Shown: positions 12,093-25,453 of the stretch, piece after piece
Numbering within the stretch: the first letter of the stretch is position 1
Layout: every line of letters begins with the position of its first letter
NCBI GenBank assembly: GCA_013265495.1
Contig: MU058584.1
Location: 7,840,407 to 7,904,406, forward strand
Direction: 5' to 3'
Source of the DNA: Vicugna vicugna
Lineage: Eukaryota
Length of the DNA: 64,000 bases
Made by a program: the position numbers and the translations under genes
Notes under the pieces: generated by a model
What the model was told of the DNA's origin: nothing
The model's database searches: none
Seen by the model: the letters and a program-made list of their open reading frames with translations, nothing else

Positions 12093-12367
12093 ATAGCGTT
12101 TTGCTAAAAGGTTTGGGAGACGTTTTATGAAAGAAGCATATTTAAATTTTAAAATCCTTCTGAACATAAAAATTCAGATTTATGCTTTACACTTTTCAGC
12201 TGAAATTTGTGTCCTATATTGGACTTACATAGTGAGGTGAGCAAAAAGATGATTGTCCAAAAAAACGCAAAAAAAACCATTACAGATGGTTTTTGACTAT
12301 CTGATATTAAGTTATATGAAAATATGTAGGTATATTGGTATTTTTTTCTGATTCAATTTTGTTTTAG

Positions 12368-12436
12368 ATGCCATTCTAAATATGGTGAATATTGCCGCTA
12401 ATATTCTGGGAGCAAAAACTGAAGACCTGACAGAAG
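12368..12436 (+). CDS. SUCO: SUCO coding exon
   Basis: gttttag / gtacct; 69 nt, phase 1/1; (N)[22 protein letters not shown](G). Confidence 0.96.
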
Positions 12437-12873
12437 GTACCTAATCATTTTATGGGTCATTTAAATATTATGATACTCCAGGGGTCTTCCTAGTTAGGAA
12501 AATTAATTAATAAACCAAGCAATTTGCTTTTTTATTTAGAAATGTAGAAACAATCCAAAGAAACTTACCAATCTTCTGTTATTCATTGTTGATTTTAATT
12601 TCACAATTTCTCTTTAATAATAAAATCCTGTCTATATGAAATCATGAATTTGGTTTTTGACTCTTCCCTGCTGTAGAAGTAATGATTTTATCCCTTATCT
12701 TTTTCTTGAGGCTTTGATGCTCTAGTAGTACTTCAACTATGTTTTTTCTTTTAATCGAGTAGCTATTTAGTTTAGAGAGCAATTCTTTCCTTAAAGAATG
12801 CCAAAAAAGAATTTTATTAGCAAGGAGAAAAGCAATCTTGCCCTTTTTTTCTCCCAAAAATATTTAGTTCCAG

Positions 12874-13044
12874 TTATACAATAAAGAAGTTAATGGGGTT
12901 ATAATGTACGCCTTGAGTAATACAGTATGGTGACAGGTGGTAACTAGACTTATTGTGGTGATCATTTTGCAATGTATACAAGTGTCAGATCACTGTTATA
13001 CACATGAAACTAATATGATATGTCAAATAGACTTCAATAAAAAA
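12874..13044 (+). mobile_element. 5'-truncated L1 (L1MA-like 3' end)
   Basis: ggtaactagacttattgtggtgatcattttgcaatg...acttcaataaaaaa; TSD tatttagttcca / tacttagttcca. Confidence 0.8.
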
Positions 13045-13396
13045 GTACTTAGTTCCAAGTACAAACTTAAAATCACCCATTTATGTCTTATTCTCTTTAG
13101 TAACTCAGGTGTCTTATTAATCATGTAAGAGATTACACAAAATTTATAGTCATGTTACTTGCTTTAATTATCTGAGAGGCTGACAAAGAATATACATTAC
13201 TTGTAATTGTGACTTTGTACAATCATTTCTTTCTAAAAGGACTTTGATGGGGAAAAAAAAGTCTGCAGTAGTAAACCTATTTGAATTTTTTTTCTTCTCC
13301 CTCGAGAAACTAAAGTTCTTTATTTGTTATAGTGAAATATTTCCGTGGTATAGCTTTTAAAAATTAAACTCAATATGGGCATCTTTCTTAAAATAG

Positions 13397-13487
13397 GAAA
13401 TAAAAGTATTTCTGAGAATGCCACTGCCACAACTGCACCTAAAATGCCTGAATCAGCTCCTGTTTCAGCTCCTGTTCCATCACATGA
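13397..13487 (+). CDS. SUCO: SUCO coding exon
   Basis: aaatag / gtaagt; 91 nt, phase 1/2; (G)[29 protein letters not shown](E). Confidence 0.95.
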
Positions 13488-14402
13488 GTAAGTTATATTG
13501 TGATATTAGAGTTCTTATAAAGTGGAGAGCTAAGTATACTAGTACATGAAAAGGTACTTGTGATTGATGTGAAATGATTATCTACAGAAAGCTCTGATTC
13601 TGATCCATAGCCACTTAAAACATCTTTGAGTTGCTTTTTGGATGCCAGGAATTCACTTCACTCCAGACCGAATGTTTGTTGTTCTGATATTACATTATTA
13701 CTTTTCTTATTTACAATACTTAATCTTTTCCTTATTGCAAATAATTGACCTACCTCTGCAGATGTAAGTTTGATGACACATTCTAAAGGCCTGTTTTTAT
13801 TAGGTTCAAATTGAAAAACATTGATTAAATATCTGTGCTATGCCTCCAAAGCTGTAAGGGATACTTGAAGTACTTAGAGCAGTGGCTTTTAATTTCTGTG
13901 TTTGTCACACAGCAGCCTCTTACAGTGTTTCTGAAATTGAATGATACAGCTTTTCCCCAGGTTGCAGTGGGCACTTTGGGCAGGGATATATAAATATATA
14001 GGTAAAACGTAAAGTATCCTTGTTTTTTTGGTCTTTTCTACCAGAGATGACTAAGGTTTATTGGCACTTCTGCTTCTAATCCATTAACAGATAAGCTCAT
14101 AATGATTTGAGTTATTGGGATAATTAGGGTGTATAGATAGTTATTATAATTTTAACTTATGTATATTTCATTAAATATACTCCCTCTAGAACTTTGAAAG
14201 CCCTTTTTCCCAGAGGAACTTTACTGAATATGATAAGATATTTGAATATGAAGTAGTTCAAGATAATAAATGAAACCTGCAGTGGGTGTGCTTTTGAGCT
14301 ATAATTCTTAAGTATTATACTAATTCAGAAATGAGATTTTTATGCTTTGAAGGGCACAATGCCAACTTTGTATTCTCCTATGTTAATCCTGGAAGTGACT
14401 AA

Positions 14403-14444
14403 AGATATTTATTGGGTGATTAGAGATACTTATTGGGTGATTAG
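14403..14444. repeat. 21-bp tandem duplication
   Basis: agata(t/c)ttattgggtgattag twice, one mismatch. Confidence 0.95.
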
Positions 14445-15753
14445 AGAGAAGATACAGCATTGTGTGTCACTGACTCCTATAAGGTCCCCAGAAATCTCTT
14501 TGCAATAGATGTTCTTGGTGTTTCTAATTATGTGGAGCTGTCCTGGTTTTGTAACAAGGTTCTTTAGTTAACAACACATAGTGTGTCTTATTTTTCAAAA
14601 CTAAATGAGACTAACTTCATTTTACACATATATACACAAACATACATATACACACTCACCCCCCCATATACATATGAATATTTGTTGAATGATATCACAT
14701 CAGGCTAATATTAGCAGTTCTTACTTTTCTATGTTAGAGTTTGTTTTTTAGTAGCTATTTTTGCACAATTGTTAATCTTTTTGCATAATATTTCTTCATG
14801 TATGTTTGTCTTAAATTCTTTCTGATGATCATATGGCAGTCTTCTGAAAAAAACAAGTGAAAAAAGAATCCGTGATAGGGTGTCATTGCTAAAGTTATTA
14901 TGAAAAGATGACTTATTTTCTTTTCTCAGAGCTGAGTTTTTTAAAGCATAACTCTGATCAGGGTATATACAGATGATATATAACTTAATTTTTACCAAAT
15001 TGATTCAGTTTAGTTTTTCTCCCTCCCCTTCTTCAGACATTGCTCCTTTTTACTGTCATAATCTACTTGGTAGATAGTAAGTAGTGTTCCACCTTAATAT
15101 GTAAGAAATATTATACAGAGACTATGTATCTGTATCTGTATCTGTACCATCTATTTAGAGAAGCAGAGCCCAACTGTGTTTTAGTTTAGTCTGTTTACTA
15201 TTTTTCTGCCAATGAAATGAAAGTCCAGCTTTTAGATACTGTCTTTTTTTTATTCCTACTTTTGCTGTTGTGATATTGATCTTTATTTGAAGACTTTTCC
15301 TGGCATTCTTAGTAGTTTTTCACAGTAGAAAAATTTGTATATGAAGATATTTCTTTTTGGTATTCAAATTACATTTTTTTTTTCAGATTGTAACTTTGGT
15401 GCTGCAAGGACTGTACCCAGACATTCATTATCTTTATCTCAGAAGGAATCACAGATACTGTAGTTTACAGCACTGTTCCTACCAGCTCAATTCCCCACTC
15501 TCCCCTACACACATATTCTAGAGCCCAAAGATGGGATTGAGTTAGTAGCACTATTCATTTAAAATGGCTAAGTATTTAGCTTTAAATAATTGAAAATTAG
15601 CCCAGATGATATTGAGATTGTTTGCGGGGAGGGATAGTATGTTTCTTCTCCCTAAAGTAGGTGGCGCACCCTCGTGTGTGTGTGTATGTATAAGTAAATG
15701 CCATGTTCGAATTCCTCAACTCATCCATAGAAAAATGATCTTCGAGAAATCTG

Positions 15754-15991
15754 CAGTTGACCCTTGAATAACGTGGGTTTGGACTGCACAGGTCCACTTA
15801 TACACACATCACACATTTTTTTTCAGTAGTAAATACTGTCGTACACATAATCTCGATTGGTTGAATCTGCAGATGTGGAACCACGGATATAGAAGAACTG
15901 TGGCCACAGAGGACTGAATACATTATACACTGATGTTGACTGTGCAAAGGGTCCACACCCCTAACCCGCCACCTTGTTGAAGGGTCAGCTG
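15754..15991 (-). mobile_element. TcMar-Tigger MITE (MER8/Tigger2-like)
   Basis: TIRs cagttgacccttgaataac ... ttgttgaagggtcagctg; 238 bp. Confidence 0.85.
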
Positions 15992-16486
15992 TGTTGGCCT
16001 TTTGAAAATAGGATATTCATGCACAAAATGCATTCGTAATAAGAATCCTGGCTTCTAGTTTTAGCTCTGCGACTTTTATAGCCCTTGGGTAGCTCACAGT
16101 TTCTGATACGAGGGATAATGAGGCTTACAAAGATTTGGTGAATATGGGAGGGAAAGGTACAAGATACATTCAGTAAATGGAAATATTCCTGTACAAAGAA
16201 TTCTTAAACAGAGATTAAGAAAAATTTGATTTGGTAAATATACAGTGATGTGAGTCATCTGGCTGGTCACTTGATAAATGATCTTTCTGTTACCATTTCT
16301 GAATAATATTGTTTTTGTAATGAAAGTGATTTGAAGGGGAAAAATTCTTCCAAAATAAATGTGAGTTTTTCCTGTATTTCTAGCCTTTCTTTTATCTTAT
16401 GTATGCTGCATTTATTTTCCTTAAACATAATTTTATCTTTAGATTTCTGATTAAAGTGATTTGTGATTATGGATATGTATTTCTAG

Positions 16487-17650
16487 GTTTGTAACCACTG
16501 AGGGACATGAACATGACACAGAGCCATCAGCAGCAGATTCTACAAAAGAGAGTCCCATTGTACAACTAGTTCAAGAGGAAGAAGAGGAGGCAAGTCCCTC
16601 TACGGTGACCCTTCTGGGTAGTGGTGAACAAGAGGATGAAACATCACCCTGGTTTGAGTCAGAGACACAAATATTTTGCAGTGAACTGACCACAATTTGT
16701 TGTATTTCTAGTTTTTCAGAATACATATATAAATGGTGTTCAGTTAGAGTTGCTCATTATCGGCAACGCAGCAGAACTCTTGTGAGTAAAGAAAAAGATT
16801 ACCTTGTTTCAGCTCAACCACCATTAGTACTTCCTGCAGAATCAGTAGATGTTTCAGTATTGCAACCTTCAGGTGGAGAAATAGACAGTAAGAGTAAGGA
16901 AAAGGAAGCAGAAACCATTGTTCTAGGTGACTTAAGTAGTATGCACCAAGGAGATTTGATTAATCACACTGTAGATGCCATTGAACTTGAACCGAGCCTT
17001 CCTCAAACTCTTTCTCAGTCTCTTCCCTTAGATGTTACTCCAGAAATCAGTTCATTATCTAAAATAGAAGTATCTGAGCCTATTAAATATGAGGCAGGAC
17101 ATACACCATCACAAGTGAGTCCCCAAAAAAGTTCTGCTGAGGTTGATAATGAAACAGAAAAAAAGTCTGAGAGTTTTAGTTCTATAGAGAAACCAGCTGT
17201 GATCTATGAAACAAATAAACTTAATGAAATAATGGGTAATATTGTAAAAGAAGACATAAACTCCATGCAAATTATCACAAAGCTTTCTGAAACAATAGTG
17301 CCACCTCTAAACACAGCTACTGTGCCTGACAGTGAAGATGGGGAAGCCAAAATGAACATAGCTGACACACCAAAGCAACTTTTGACTCCTGTTGCGGATT
17401 CTTCTTCATTACCTGAAGTAAAAGAGGAAGAACAGTCTCCAGAAGATGCCCTTTTAAGAGGGTTACAGAGGACAGCTACAGATTTTTATGCTGAATTGCA
17501 AAATTCTTCAGATCTAGGATATGCTAATGGAAATCTTGTACATGGATCAAACCAAAAGGAGTCAGTATTTATGAGACTTAATAATCGTATTAAAGCCTTA
17601 GAAGTTAACATGTCTCTCAGTGGTCGCTATCTGGAGGAGCTTAGCCAAAG
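16487..17650 (+). CDS. SUCO: SUCO large coding exon (acidic luminal region and start of coiled coil)
   Basis: ttctag / gtaagc; 1164 nt, phase 2/2; in frame with ORF 16605..17654, ending [31 protein letters not shown](R). Confidence 0.98.
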
Positions 17651-18521
17651 GTAAGCTTTCTTGTGAATTAGCACAGTCCACTTTGCTCAGTGAGCTAAGT
17701 AGCAGAGTATCATCTGTGGCTAGAGAAGGAGAGAATTTAATTATCTCCTGATATAGTAGTAATAAGCACAGTTTTAGCTGGAGAGAGAAAGAAAGTGACT
17801 TGAATTTTGATCGATGACTTTAAGAATTGATTTTGGTATTAAGGTATTAAATGATGTAATATCTTTATTAGGCAGATAACAAGTTTGAGTTACGTATAAT
17901 CAGTTTCTCCTTCTGTTGCTTAACTTCAGCCACTTTTATTGTTTGATTCCCAGAGCACTCACGGGAAAAATTAGAGGCTATAGACTTGAAAGCTCTTTGT
18001 GGAACTTGCAAGATATTTAAGAATTTAAGTAGGTGAAGACTAGAATAGACTAAACTGGATGATTAGGCAATATTTGCATCCCTTCATACAAGTCCTAGCA
18101 TCCTAGTCCTAGTTGTAGTAATTTACGCTCTTGTGCTGTTAAGTGCCAGAGGCAGTGCCGGTGTGCTTGCTTATGCAATGATTAAGACCCTAGGCACAGT
18201 TCTCCAGTTTTCAATCTTATTTACTTTTTTTTTTTAATCCCTTAAGTGTCTAGCATCCTTAGGGATTTTCCTCCAACATTTTGTAACCACCTAGGCACTG
18301 GATTTTCTATTCCTCTTAAATTGAAATGTTGCTAATGAGATGTCACTAAGGTTATCATTATATGCTAAAGGGAGTTTCTTGATTCATACATACAGTTTAT
18401 TGGAAATTGTATGCGGGTGTATTTGCTTGCCTGCTAGCTGCCTCTCAACCTGCTGTTGCCTCTCCCCATCCCCACCCAATTCGCCCCACTAAAAGAACCA
18501 CAGAAATCACTAATAAATCTT

Positions 18522-19959
18522 TTTTTATTGATATGTAATTGACATATGACATTATATTAGTCTCAGATGTACAGTGTAATGATTTGATATTTGTATATAT
18601 TGTGAAGTGATTACTACAGTGAATCTGTTTAACATCATCATCACAGTTACACTTCTTTTTTATGTTGAGATCTACTCTCTTAGCAGCTTTCAGATATACA
18701 GTACAATCCAGTATTATCAAGTATAGTTACCATGCTGTACATTACATCTCTATTACTTACTCATTTTATAACTGGGAAGTTTTACCTTTTGACCCCCTTT
18801 ATCAATTTTGCCCACCCTTTGCCTTCCCCCTTGGCAATCACCAATGTGTTCTTTGTACCTGTGAGTTTGAGGGTTTTTCTTATTTTTTTAGATTCCACAT
18901 ATAAGTGAGAACAACCATATGTCTGTTGAACTTACTTCATTTAGCATAATGCCCTCAAGGTCAATCTATGTTGTCACAAATGCTGAGGCTTTCTTTTTTA
19001 TGGCTGAGTAATACTCCATGGTATACACATAACACATTTTCTTTATCCATTCTTCCACTGATGGATGTTTAGTTTGCTTCCATGCCATGGCTGTTGTACA
19101 TAACGCTGCAGTGAACATGGAGGTGCAGATATTTTTTCAAGTTAGCATTTTTCATTTTCTTCAAAATATCTAGAAGTGGAATTGCTGAATCATATGGTAG
19201 TTCTGTTTATAATTTTTTAAGGAACCACCATACAGTTTCCCATAATGGCTGTACCAATTTATATTCCCAACCAACGGTGTAGAAGGGTTCCCTTTTCTGT
19301 ACATCCTCGCCACCAAGTGTTACTTCTTGTTTTTTTTGGTAATAGCCATTTTAAGGGATGTAAGGTAGTAACAAATTGTGGTCTTGATTTGCATGTCCCT
19401 GATGATTAATGATGTTGAGCACCTTTTCATGTACCTGTTGGCCATGTATATGTTTTCTTTGGGAAAATATCTATGCAGATTCTCTGCCAACTTTTAAAAT
19501 GTTTTTTGTTTTGTTTTGTTTTGCTGTTATATGATTTCTTTATATATTTTGGATATTAACCCCTTATCTGATTAATAATTTGCAAATACTTTCTCCTGTT
19601 TGGTAAATAGCCTTTTCATTTTGTTGATGATTTTCTTTGCTGTTTAAAAACTTTTCAGTTTAATGTAGTCCCACTTGTTTTTCTTTGCTTTTGTTGCCTT
19701 TGCTTTTGGTGTTATATCCAAAGAAACATTGCTGGGACTGATATTAAGGAGCTTACTGTCTATGTTTTCTTCTAGGAGTTCTTTTGTTTTACGTCTTAGG
19801 TTCAAGTCATTAATCCATTTTGAGTTAAATTTTTGTGTATGGTATCATTCAGTTGCATGTGGCTATTCAGTTTTCTGAGGATCATTTATTGAAGTGACTG
19901 TTCTTTCCCCATTGTATATTCATAGCTCCTTTGTCACAGGTTAATTGACTGTATCTGTG
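18522..19959 (-). mobile_element. 5'-truncated L1 (L1MA-like; 3' UTR and end of ORF2)
   Basis: Typical L1 antisense sequence; perfect 13-bp TSD actaataaatctt at 18509-18521 and 19960-19972. Confidence 0.92.
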
Positions 19960-20191
19960 ACTAATAAATCTTATAAAGCAATGAGAAGCATTGAATTAAT
20001 GTTGAGGTGGCAGACACCTCAAGGGACCTCTTTATTTTACCTTTGTAAATTTTCCTGTATTGCACAGGCCTCAAAAGAGTTATTTTCAGAAAAAAAAATT
20101 GATTTATCTCATATATTGAAATATGAACTGTGTTTCCACTAATAAAGAAATAAGAAATAAAAATCAATTAAAATCAATTCTTACTCCTTAG

Positions 20192-20279
20192 GTACCGAAA
20201 ACAAATGGAAGAAATGCAAAAGGCTTTCAATAAAACAATAATAAAACTTCAGAACACCTCAAGAATAGCAGAGGAGCAG
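20192..20279 (+). CDS. SUCO: SUCO coding exon (coiled coil)
   Basis: tccttag / gttggt; 88 nt, phase 2/0; (R)[29 protein letters not shown]. Confidence 0.96.
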
Positions 20280-20599
20280 GTTGGTCATCTTCATGCCTCA
20301 TTTACTTTTTATATATATTTCCACTGAATTTTGTGGTATCTCACTGTTAAGAAGGGTAAGTAATGTTGGTTCACTCTTTGCTTAATAGCTGATGATTAAG
20401 CCTGTAAAATGATGTCATGTTTGGGAAGTTTTCTAGCTGTTAGTATCATTTTCTCTTCCAGGGAAAATTTTCTTGAACATTATCCGACTTACATTTCAAG
20501 ATTTGTGCATATGTACGTGTGTAGAAGTGCAGTGGATATTGCACAACTCCTTAAAATTCTAAAATCATTTGTGGTTTTCTATGTGGATAGTTTTATTGG

Positions 20600-21740
20600 T
20601 TGCAAATAAGAACAGCTCTGTTTCTTCTTTTTAATTTTTATACCTTTTAATTTCTTTTTTTCCCTTTTATGTTTTACATAGAGCTATACAGTGGTACTGT
20701 AGGACTGACGGTAGTGGCCATTCCCCTGTCTTGTTGATTTTAAGGGACTGATTTCAGTGTTGTACCATTAAACGTGATGTTTGTTAATAAGTTTTTATAG
20801 TATGTTACCGTGATGAGGAAAATTTATACTTTTCTAAAAGATTATTTGGGATTTGAGGACGGTGAGGTGAGGAGGCCTCAAGTTGTAGAGTTTAAGTTGC
20901 ATCTTATTCTCAATTTGTGACATGTTATCATTGTGGTTCCACACAAAATTCCTCCTTTTATTTAAATTGAGGTTTGAGAATTGTTTATATATACTGAATA
21001 CACGTCCTTTATCAGAGATATGCTTTGTAAATATTTTCTCCTAGTTACTTTTTTCTCATTCTCTTAAATGCATCTTTTGAAGAACAGAAGTTAATTTGTT
21101 GAAGCTGTTTTACCCATTTTCTCTTTGCTCTACAAAGTCTTTGCCTAAACCAAAGTCACAAAGAATTTTTTTCCCCTGTGTTTTCTTCTAGAATTTCTAT
21201 AGTTTTAGTTTTGCAGTAGGTTTATAATCCATTTTAGTTTTTTAACATGTTACAAAGTATGGCTCAAAGTGCTTTTGAGGGAGAGAGGATGAGAAACATG
21301 AATATTCCTTCCTTCCAGCATCATTTGTTGAAAAGTCTGTCTTTTCTCCACTGAATTTTCTTTGTACTTTTGATAAAAATCATTTCACCATATATATGTG
21401 GATTTGTTTCTGGGCTTCTGTTTGTTCTGCTCATCTGTTTGTCTTCTTGCTAATACTACACTGTTGTGATTACTGTAACTTTGTAGGAATTCTTAAAGTT
21501 AGGTAATTTCAATCCTGTAACTTTGCTCTTCTTTTCTAAAGCTCTTTTGACTAATCTGGATTTGGCCAGTACAGATACTAGAATCAGTTTGTCAGTTGCT
21601 ACCAAACAAAAAACCTGTTTGTATCTTGATTGGGATTGTGTTGACTTTCTAGATCAATTTGGAGAATTGACAGCTTAATAGTTCTAAGTCCTCTGACCCT
21701 TGAACACAATACTTATTTAGTTCTTCATTAATTTTAATGC
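20600..21740 (-). mobile_element. Degraded L1 ORF2 fragments (L1M)
   Basis: ttccagcatcatttgttgaaaag, cttgattgggattgtgttga; boundaries approximate. Confidence 0.7.
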
Positions 21741-22087
21741 AATAATTTTCCCTCTATATTTTTTCTCTGCTTTATATGTAACATCTGTGCTTTATGTCTC
21801 AGGGACCTGTTTAAGTACTTTTCAATAATCTCGTCTGTTAACACTATTGGAAGTAAATCTTGATTATAAGTTTTAACCAACGTGATATTTTTAATAACAT
21901 GTCCTTTAAAACTGTCTAGAATTTATCAGTGTTTGTCAAATGTGAATCAAAGAAACAATTTATTGAATCACATTCTGCATTTAAAAAAAAATTAAGTAGG
22001 ATAGAAAGTACCACAGTAGATCACAGTGAGGGAAGTAAGGGAAGCTTTTTGTTACAGTTTTATACACCCCTCCCCCCTTAACACATG

Positions 22088-22091
<4 letters not shown>

Positions 22092-22119
<28 letters not shown>
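22092..22119. repeat. (CA)n microsatellite
   Basis: Seen directly. Confidence 0.95.
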
Positions 22120-22122
<3 letters not shown>

Positions 22123-22195
22123 TTGGGACTTAAAACTTATTTAAATCTAAATTTGAGTAGTAAATGGTTATGTAGCTATTTCATATAGGGTCCTG

Positions 22196-22310
22196 GAGTG
22201 GGAAGGTAATTAGGTTTATTTACTTATTTTTAGAGGAGATACTGGGGATTGAACCCAGGACCTTGTGTTTGCTAAGTATGTGCTCCACCGCTTGAGCTAT
22301 TCCCTCCCCC
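22196..22310 (-). mobile_element. Camelid tRNA-derived SINE (Vic-1-like)
   Basis: Aligns by eye with the 5047 copy, including the ggtaattaggtttattt tail. Confidence 0.88.
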
Positions 22311-23113
22311 AGGGGGCCTAAATTAGAGTGTTGGATTTCCTAAACTTCTGGCTCTCTTTTCCTCCTCCTCAAATTCATTAGTAAGTTGAAATTTTTAGTA
22401 TAGTCTACCTAATGTAGGTTCACAACCATGAATACAATGTATGTCTCTAAAATATGCATGTAAATGCTAGTTTAAGTAAAGACCTATTTGTTGATTATAA
22501 AAGTTTCTAAAATTCAGAGCTGGAAAGATGGGTGTTTTGGATCAATTTCTTTTCATTGATAACCCAGCATTTGACTAGATAGATGATCAGTTGTACATAT
22601 TGTCTGTGTGACATCCTAAGTTCCATCCTAATATGCTATGAAATAGAAGTTTTAAATCTTCTTGGTATGAGCCCGCTTTGTATCCAGAAACATTCTTCAA
22701 AAATTCTCCAGCATGTCTTTGTGCCAATTGCTTTGGTTTAAAAAGACACATTTGACAAAGTGACTACTTTGCATATAGCTGGTTATAGGCTGATTTTTAC
22801 ATATGGAGCCTCTATTAACTTAAAAAGTAATTTATTAACTTCTATTGGACAATATTCTACATGGTAGCAGTGAGTAGCCTTTTTTTTTTGGCAGAGGAGG
22901 AGGGTTGAACAGTCTCAAATTCTTAAAATGTTTTGTTTTTTAAAACTTCTGGTTCACGTTTACAACATTCATTCAGTAAGAGCTTTCTACTAATATGTTT
23001 TCCCTCCTGAGGAATTTAACAGTTTTTCTGGATTTTTTTGCTTGAATTTATAGTGTAGTTAACGTACAGATGAAACACAAAAAGAATAACACTTATTTCT
23101 TCTTTTATCATAG

Positions 23114-23218
23114 GATCAGCGGCAGACTGAAGCCATCCAGTTGCTACAGGCACAACTGACCAACATGACACAGCTTGTTTCAAATTTATCAACAACAGTA
23201 GCGGAATTAAAACATGAG
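23114..23218 (+). CDS. SUCO: SUCO coding exon (coiled coil)
   Basis: atcatag / gttagt; 105 nt, phase 0/0; [35 protein letters not shown]. Confidence 0.96.
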
Positions 23219-23519
23219 GTTAGTGTTACTGATGGTGGTGTGTGACACAGTGTCATGAAGGCAGGCTTGATATCTAAGAACTTTAATCAAACAAGATTGT
23301 CACGTATAGAGAACTTTTTCAGAACACTCGAATGTGGTATTTTGAAGTTTTGGAAATATATTCATTATCATAATTTTTTGGAAGACATGGCTTTCATAGT
23401 TTAGGTCTTCCATAAAATACAGTTATAAAGCAGTTCTATTCAGCCTTTTGCAAACCATTGATAGTTGCTATACATACTTAAGTTTTCAGTTCAAAAAGGC
23501 TTGTTAAGTTAGTAAAAGC

Positions 23520-24410
23520 AAAAATTTCATTGATTTAACAAGTATTTTTTGAGCCATCCATGTGTGTGAGACATGAGCTGTCCGGTCCTGGGTTGAGGCA
23601 TATGGCTGTGAATAGTCCCTGGCCTCACAGGGCTGTCTTACCTGGGGGAGAGAGGGAGTACATACAGTAAATATGTGTGAAGGACGGTGAGGTGGAGAGT
23701 GAAACGGGCACGTGTACCGTGGTGGTGCTTTAAGTGCAGTTGCTTTAGCTATGGTGATGTTGGAAGGCTTACCTGAGGAGGTGGCGTTAGAACTGACTGC
23801 TCAAGAGGAGTCAGCAGCCACACAGAGCCTGGGGTCAGAGCAAGCCGGTTAGTGGCAGATCTAGGGCAAAGCACGTGCAGTTAGAAATAGTGGCATGTGT
23901 TTGGGACCAGAACAGAAGCTGGTGTGGCAGAAGCAGAGTGAAAGAGAGAAGTGAAGATAAGAAGTAAATTGAGGAATTTGGCAGGGGCCTGGTCATGTAG
24001 ACCTTTGTAGACAGTTGAGAGTTTGAATTTTATTTTATTCCTGCAAGTCATTGGGAAGTATTAAAGAAATAACATGGATCATCTCATAGATGACACTGAG
24101 AAGCTCCCTATTTGCTGCTCTGTGGAGAATCACCTTTTACGGACCAGCAGGAGCAGAAGTGGGGAGGAAGCCGTTTAATTAGGAGACAGCGGAGTAGACT
24201 GGGTGAGGTGAGGCTGGCTTGGACTAGGACTTCAGAAGTGGAGAACAGTGTAGAGTTGCTGAGTTCAGGTTATATTTAAGATAGAAGGCACACGTTCCTG
24301 AAAGATTAGTTATGGGGATGAGGAATTAAGAGTGATTCCCAGGCTGAAATCATTGGGTGATTGGTGGTTTAGTTTTGTGAGATGGGAAAGACTAGGTAAG
24401 AGCACGATTT
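23520..24410 (-). mobile_element. L2 LINE relic
   Basis: ttcattgatttaacaagtatttttt L2 tail; ggaaggcttacctgaggaggtggcg and ggcaggggcctggtcatgtag. Confidence 0.8.
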
Positions 24411-24733
24411 TTTTCCTCCCTGAGGTTGTACAAGTAGAAAAACGAAGCATATGTGGCAAAATGTGAGCATAGGTGAAAGGCATACATATGTTCATTGTAC
24501 TATTTTTTAAACTTTTCCGTAGGTTTGAAATTTTTTAAGGGATTGGGGGAAAAAAAGAAAATGTAAAATACTGCCTTAGTAGTACATTTTCCAAGAGCAT
24601 GCTCTGCATTTATGGTTTTGAAACACGAGAAAATGTTCAAAATGATTTGTCCTTTGAACTTTAGGTAACTAAACCCACTGTAGTTTTTCTAGTATTATTT
24701 TAAAATTATTATTAAACTTTCTTCTCATCTCAG

Positions 24734-24888
24734 GTTTCAGATCGACAAAGCTATCTTGTTATATCTCTGGTTCTCTGTGTTGTCTTGGGACTGATGCTTT
24801 GTATGCAGCGTTGTCGAAACACTTCTCAATTTGATGGAGATTATATTTCAAAACTTCCTAAAAGTAATCAGTATCCAAGCCCTAAAAG
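24734..24888 (+). CDS. SUCO: SUCO coding exon (transmembrane helix)
   Basis: tctcag / gtaagt; 155 nt, phase 0/2; [51 protein letters not shown](R). Confidence 0.97.
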
Positions 24889-25361
24889 GTAAGTCAGCAT
24901 TATATTTCACAATTTTCCTTTTATATTTTTGAGAAATTTGAATAAATAAAGGGATATTGAGATAATTTATTTCCCCATGTGATTATCTTGAAACCAAAAT
25001 GTTAATTAAAAATATCATTGGAACTAGTGAGATGTTCCTATGCCTGGAAGGTTCTGTGGACTCTAACAGAGAAAACACTAGTAATAAGTGCATAAAAACT
25101 CTTGAAATGTTTTGGTTGTAAAAGATGCTTGAATGTGGAATTCAAAGAGGGAAGAAAGGGAATAGGTATTTTAATACAGCACCTGTTAGAAAATGATCTT
25201 TAAATTTTCTTTTACATATATTATCAGTAACTGGAAGGTTACCTTAGAGATGAGTCCTGTGTGCATGTACAGTTCTCTAGCTTCCATCCAGCTCCAACTG
25301 TGGAGTAAATTATATGTAGTTCACTCACTGTGCCCTATGTTGATTTTTCTTCATGTGTTAG

Positions 25362-25453
25362 GTGTTTCTCTTCCTATGATGATATGAACTTGAAAAGGAG
25401 AACTTCATTCCCACTCATCAGATCCAAGTCTCTACAGTTAACTGGCAAAGAAG
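25362..25453 (+). CDS. SUCO: SUCO coding exon (cytosolic tail)
   Basis: gtgttag / gtagat; 92 nt, phase 2/1; (R)[30 protein letters not shown](V). Confidence 0.96.

Noticed and set aside
13453..13476. 12-bp tandem repeat encoding SAPV-SAPV
   Set aside because: Ordinary low-complexity linker in SUCO
15388..15540. Possible exon (tttttcag ... ga/gttagt) between the 13397 and 16487 exons
   Set aside because: Immediate in-frame stop, mediocre donor and no other support
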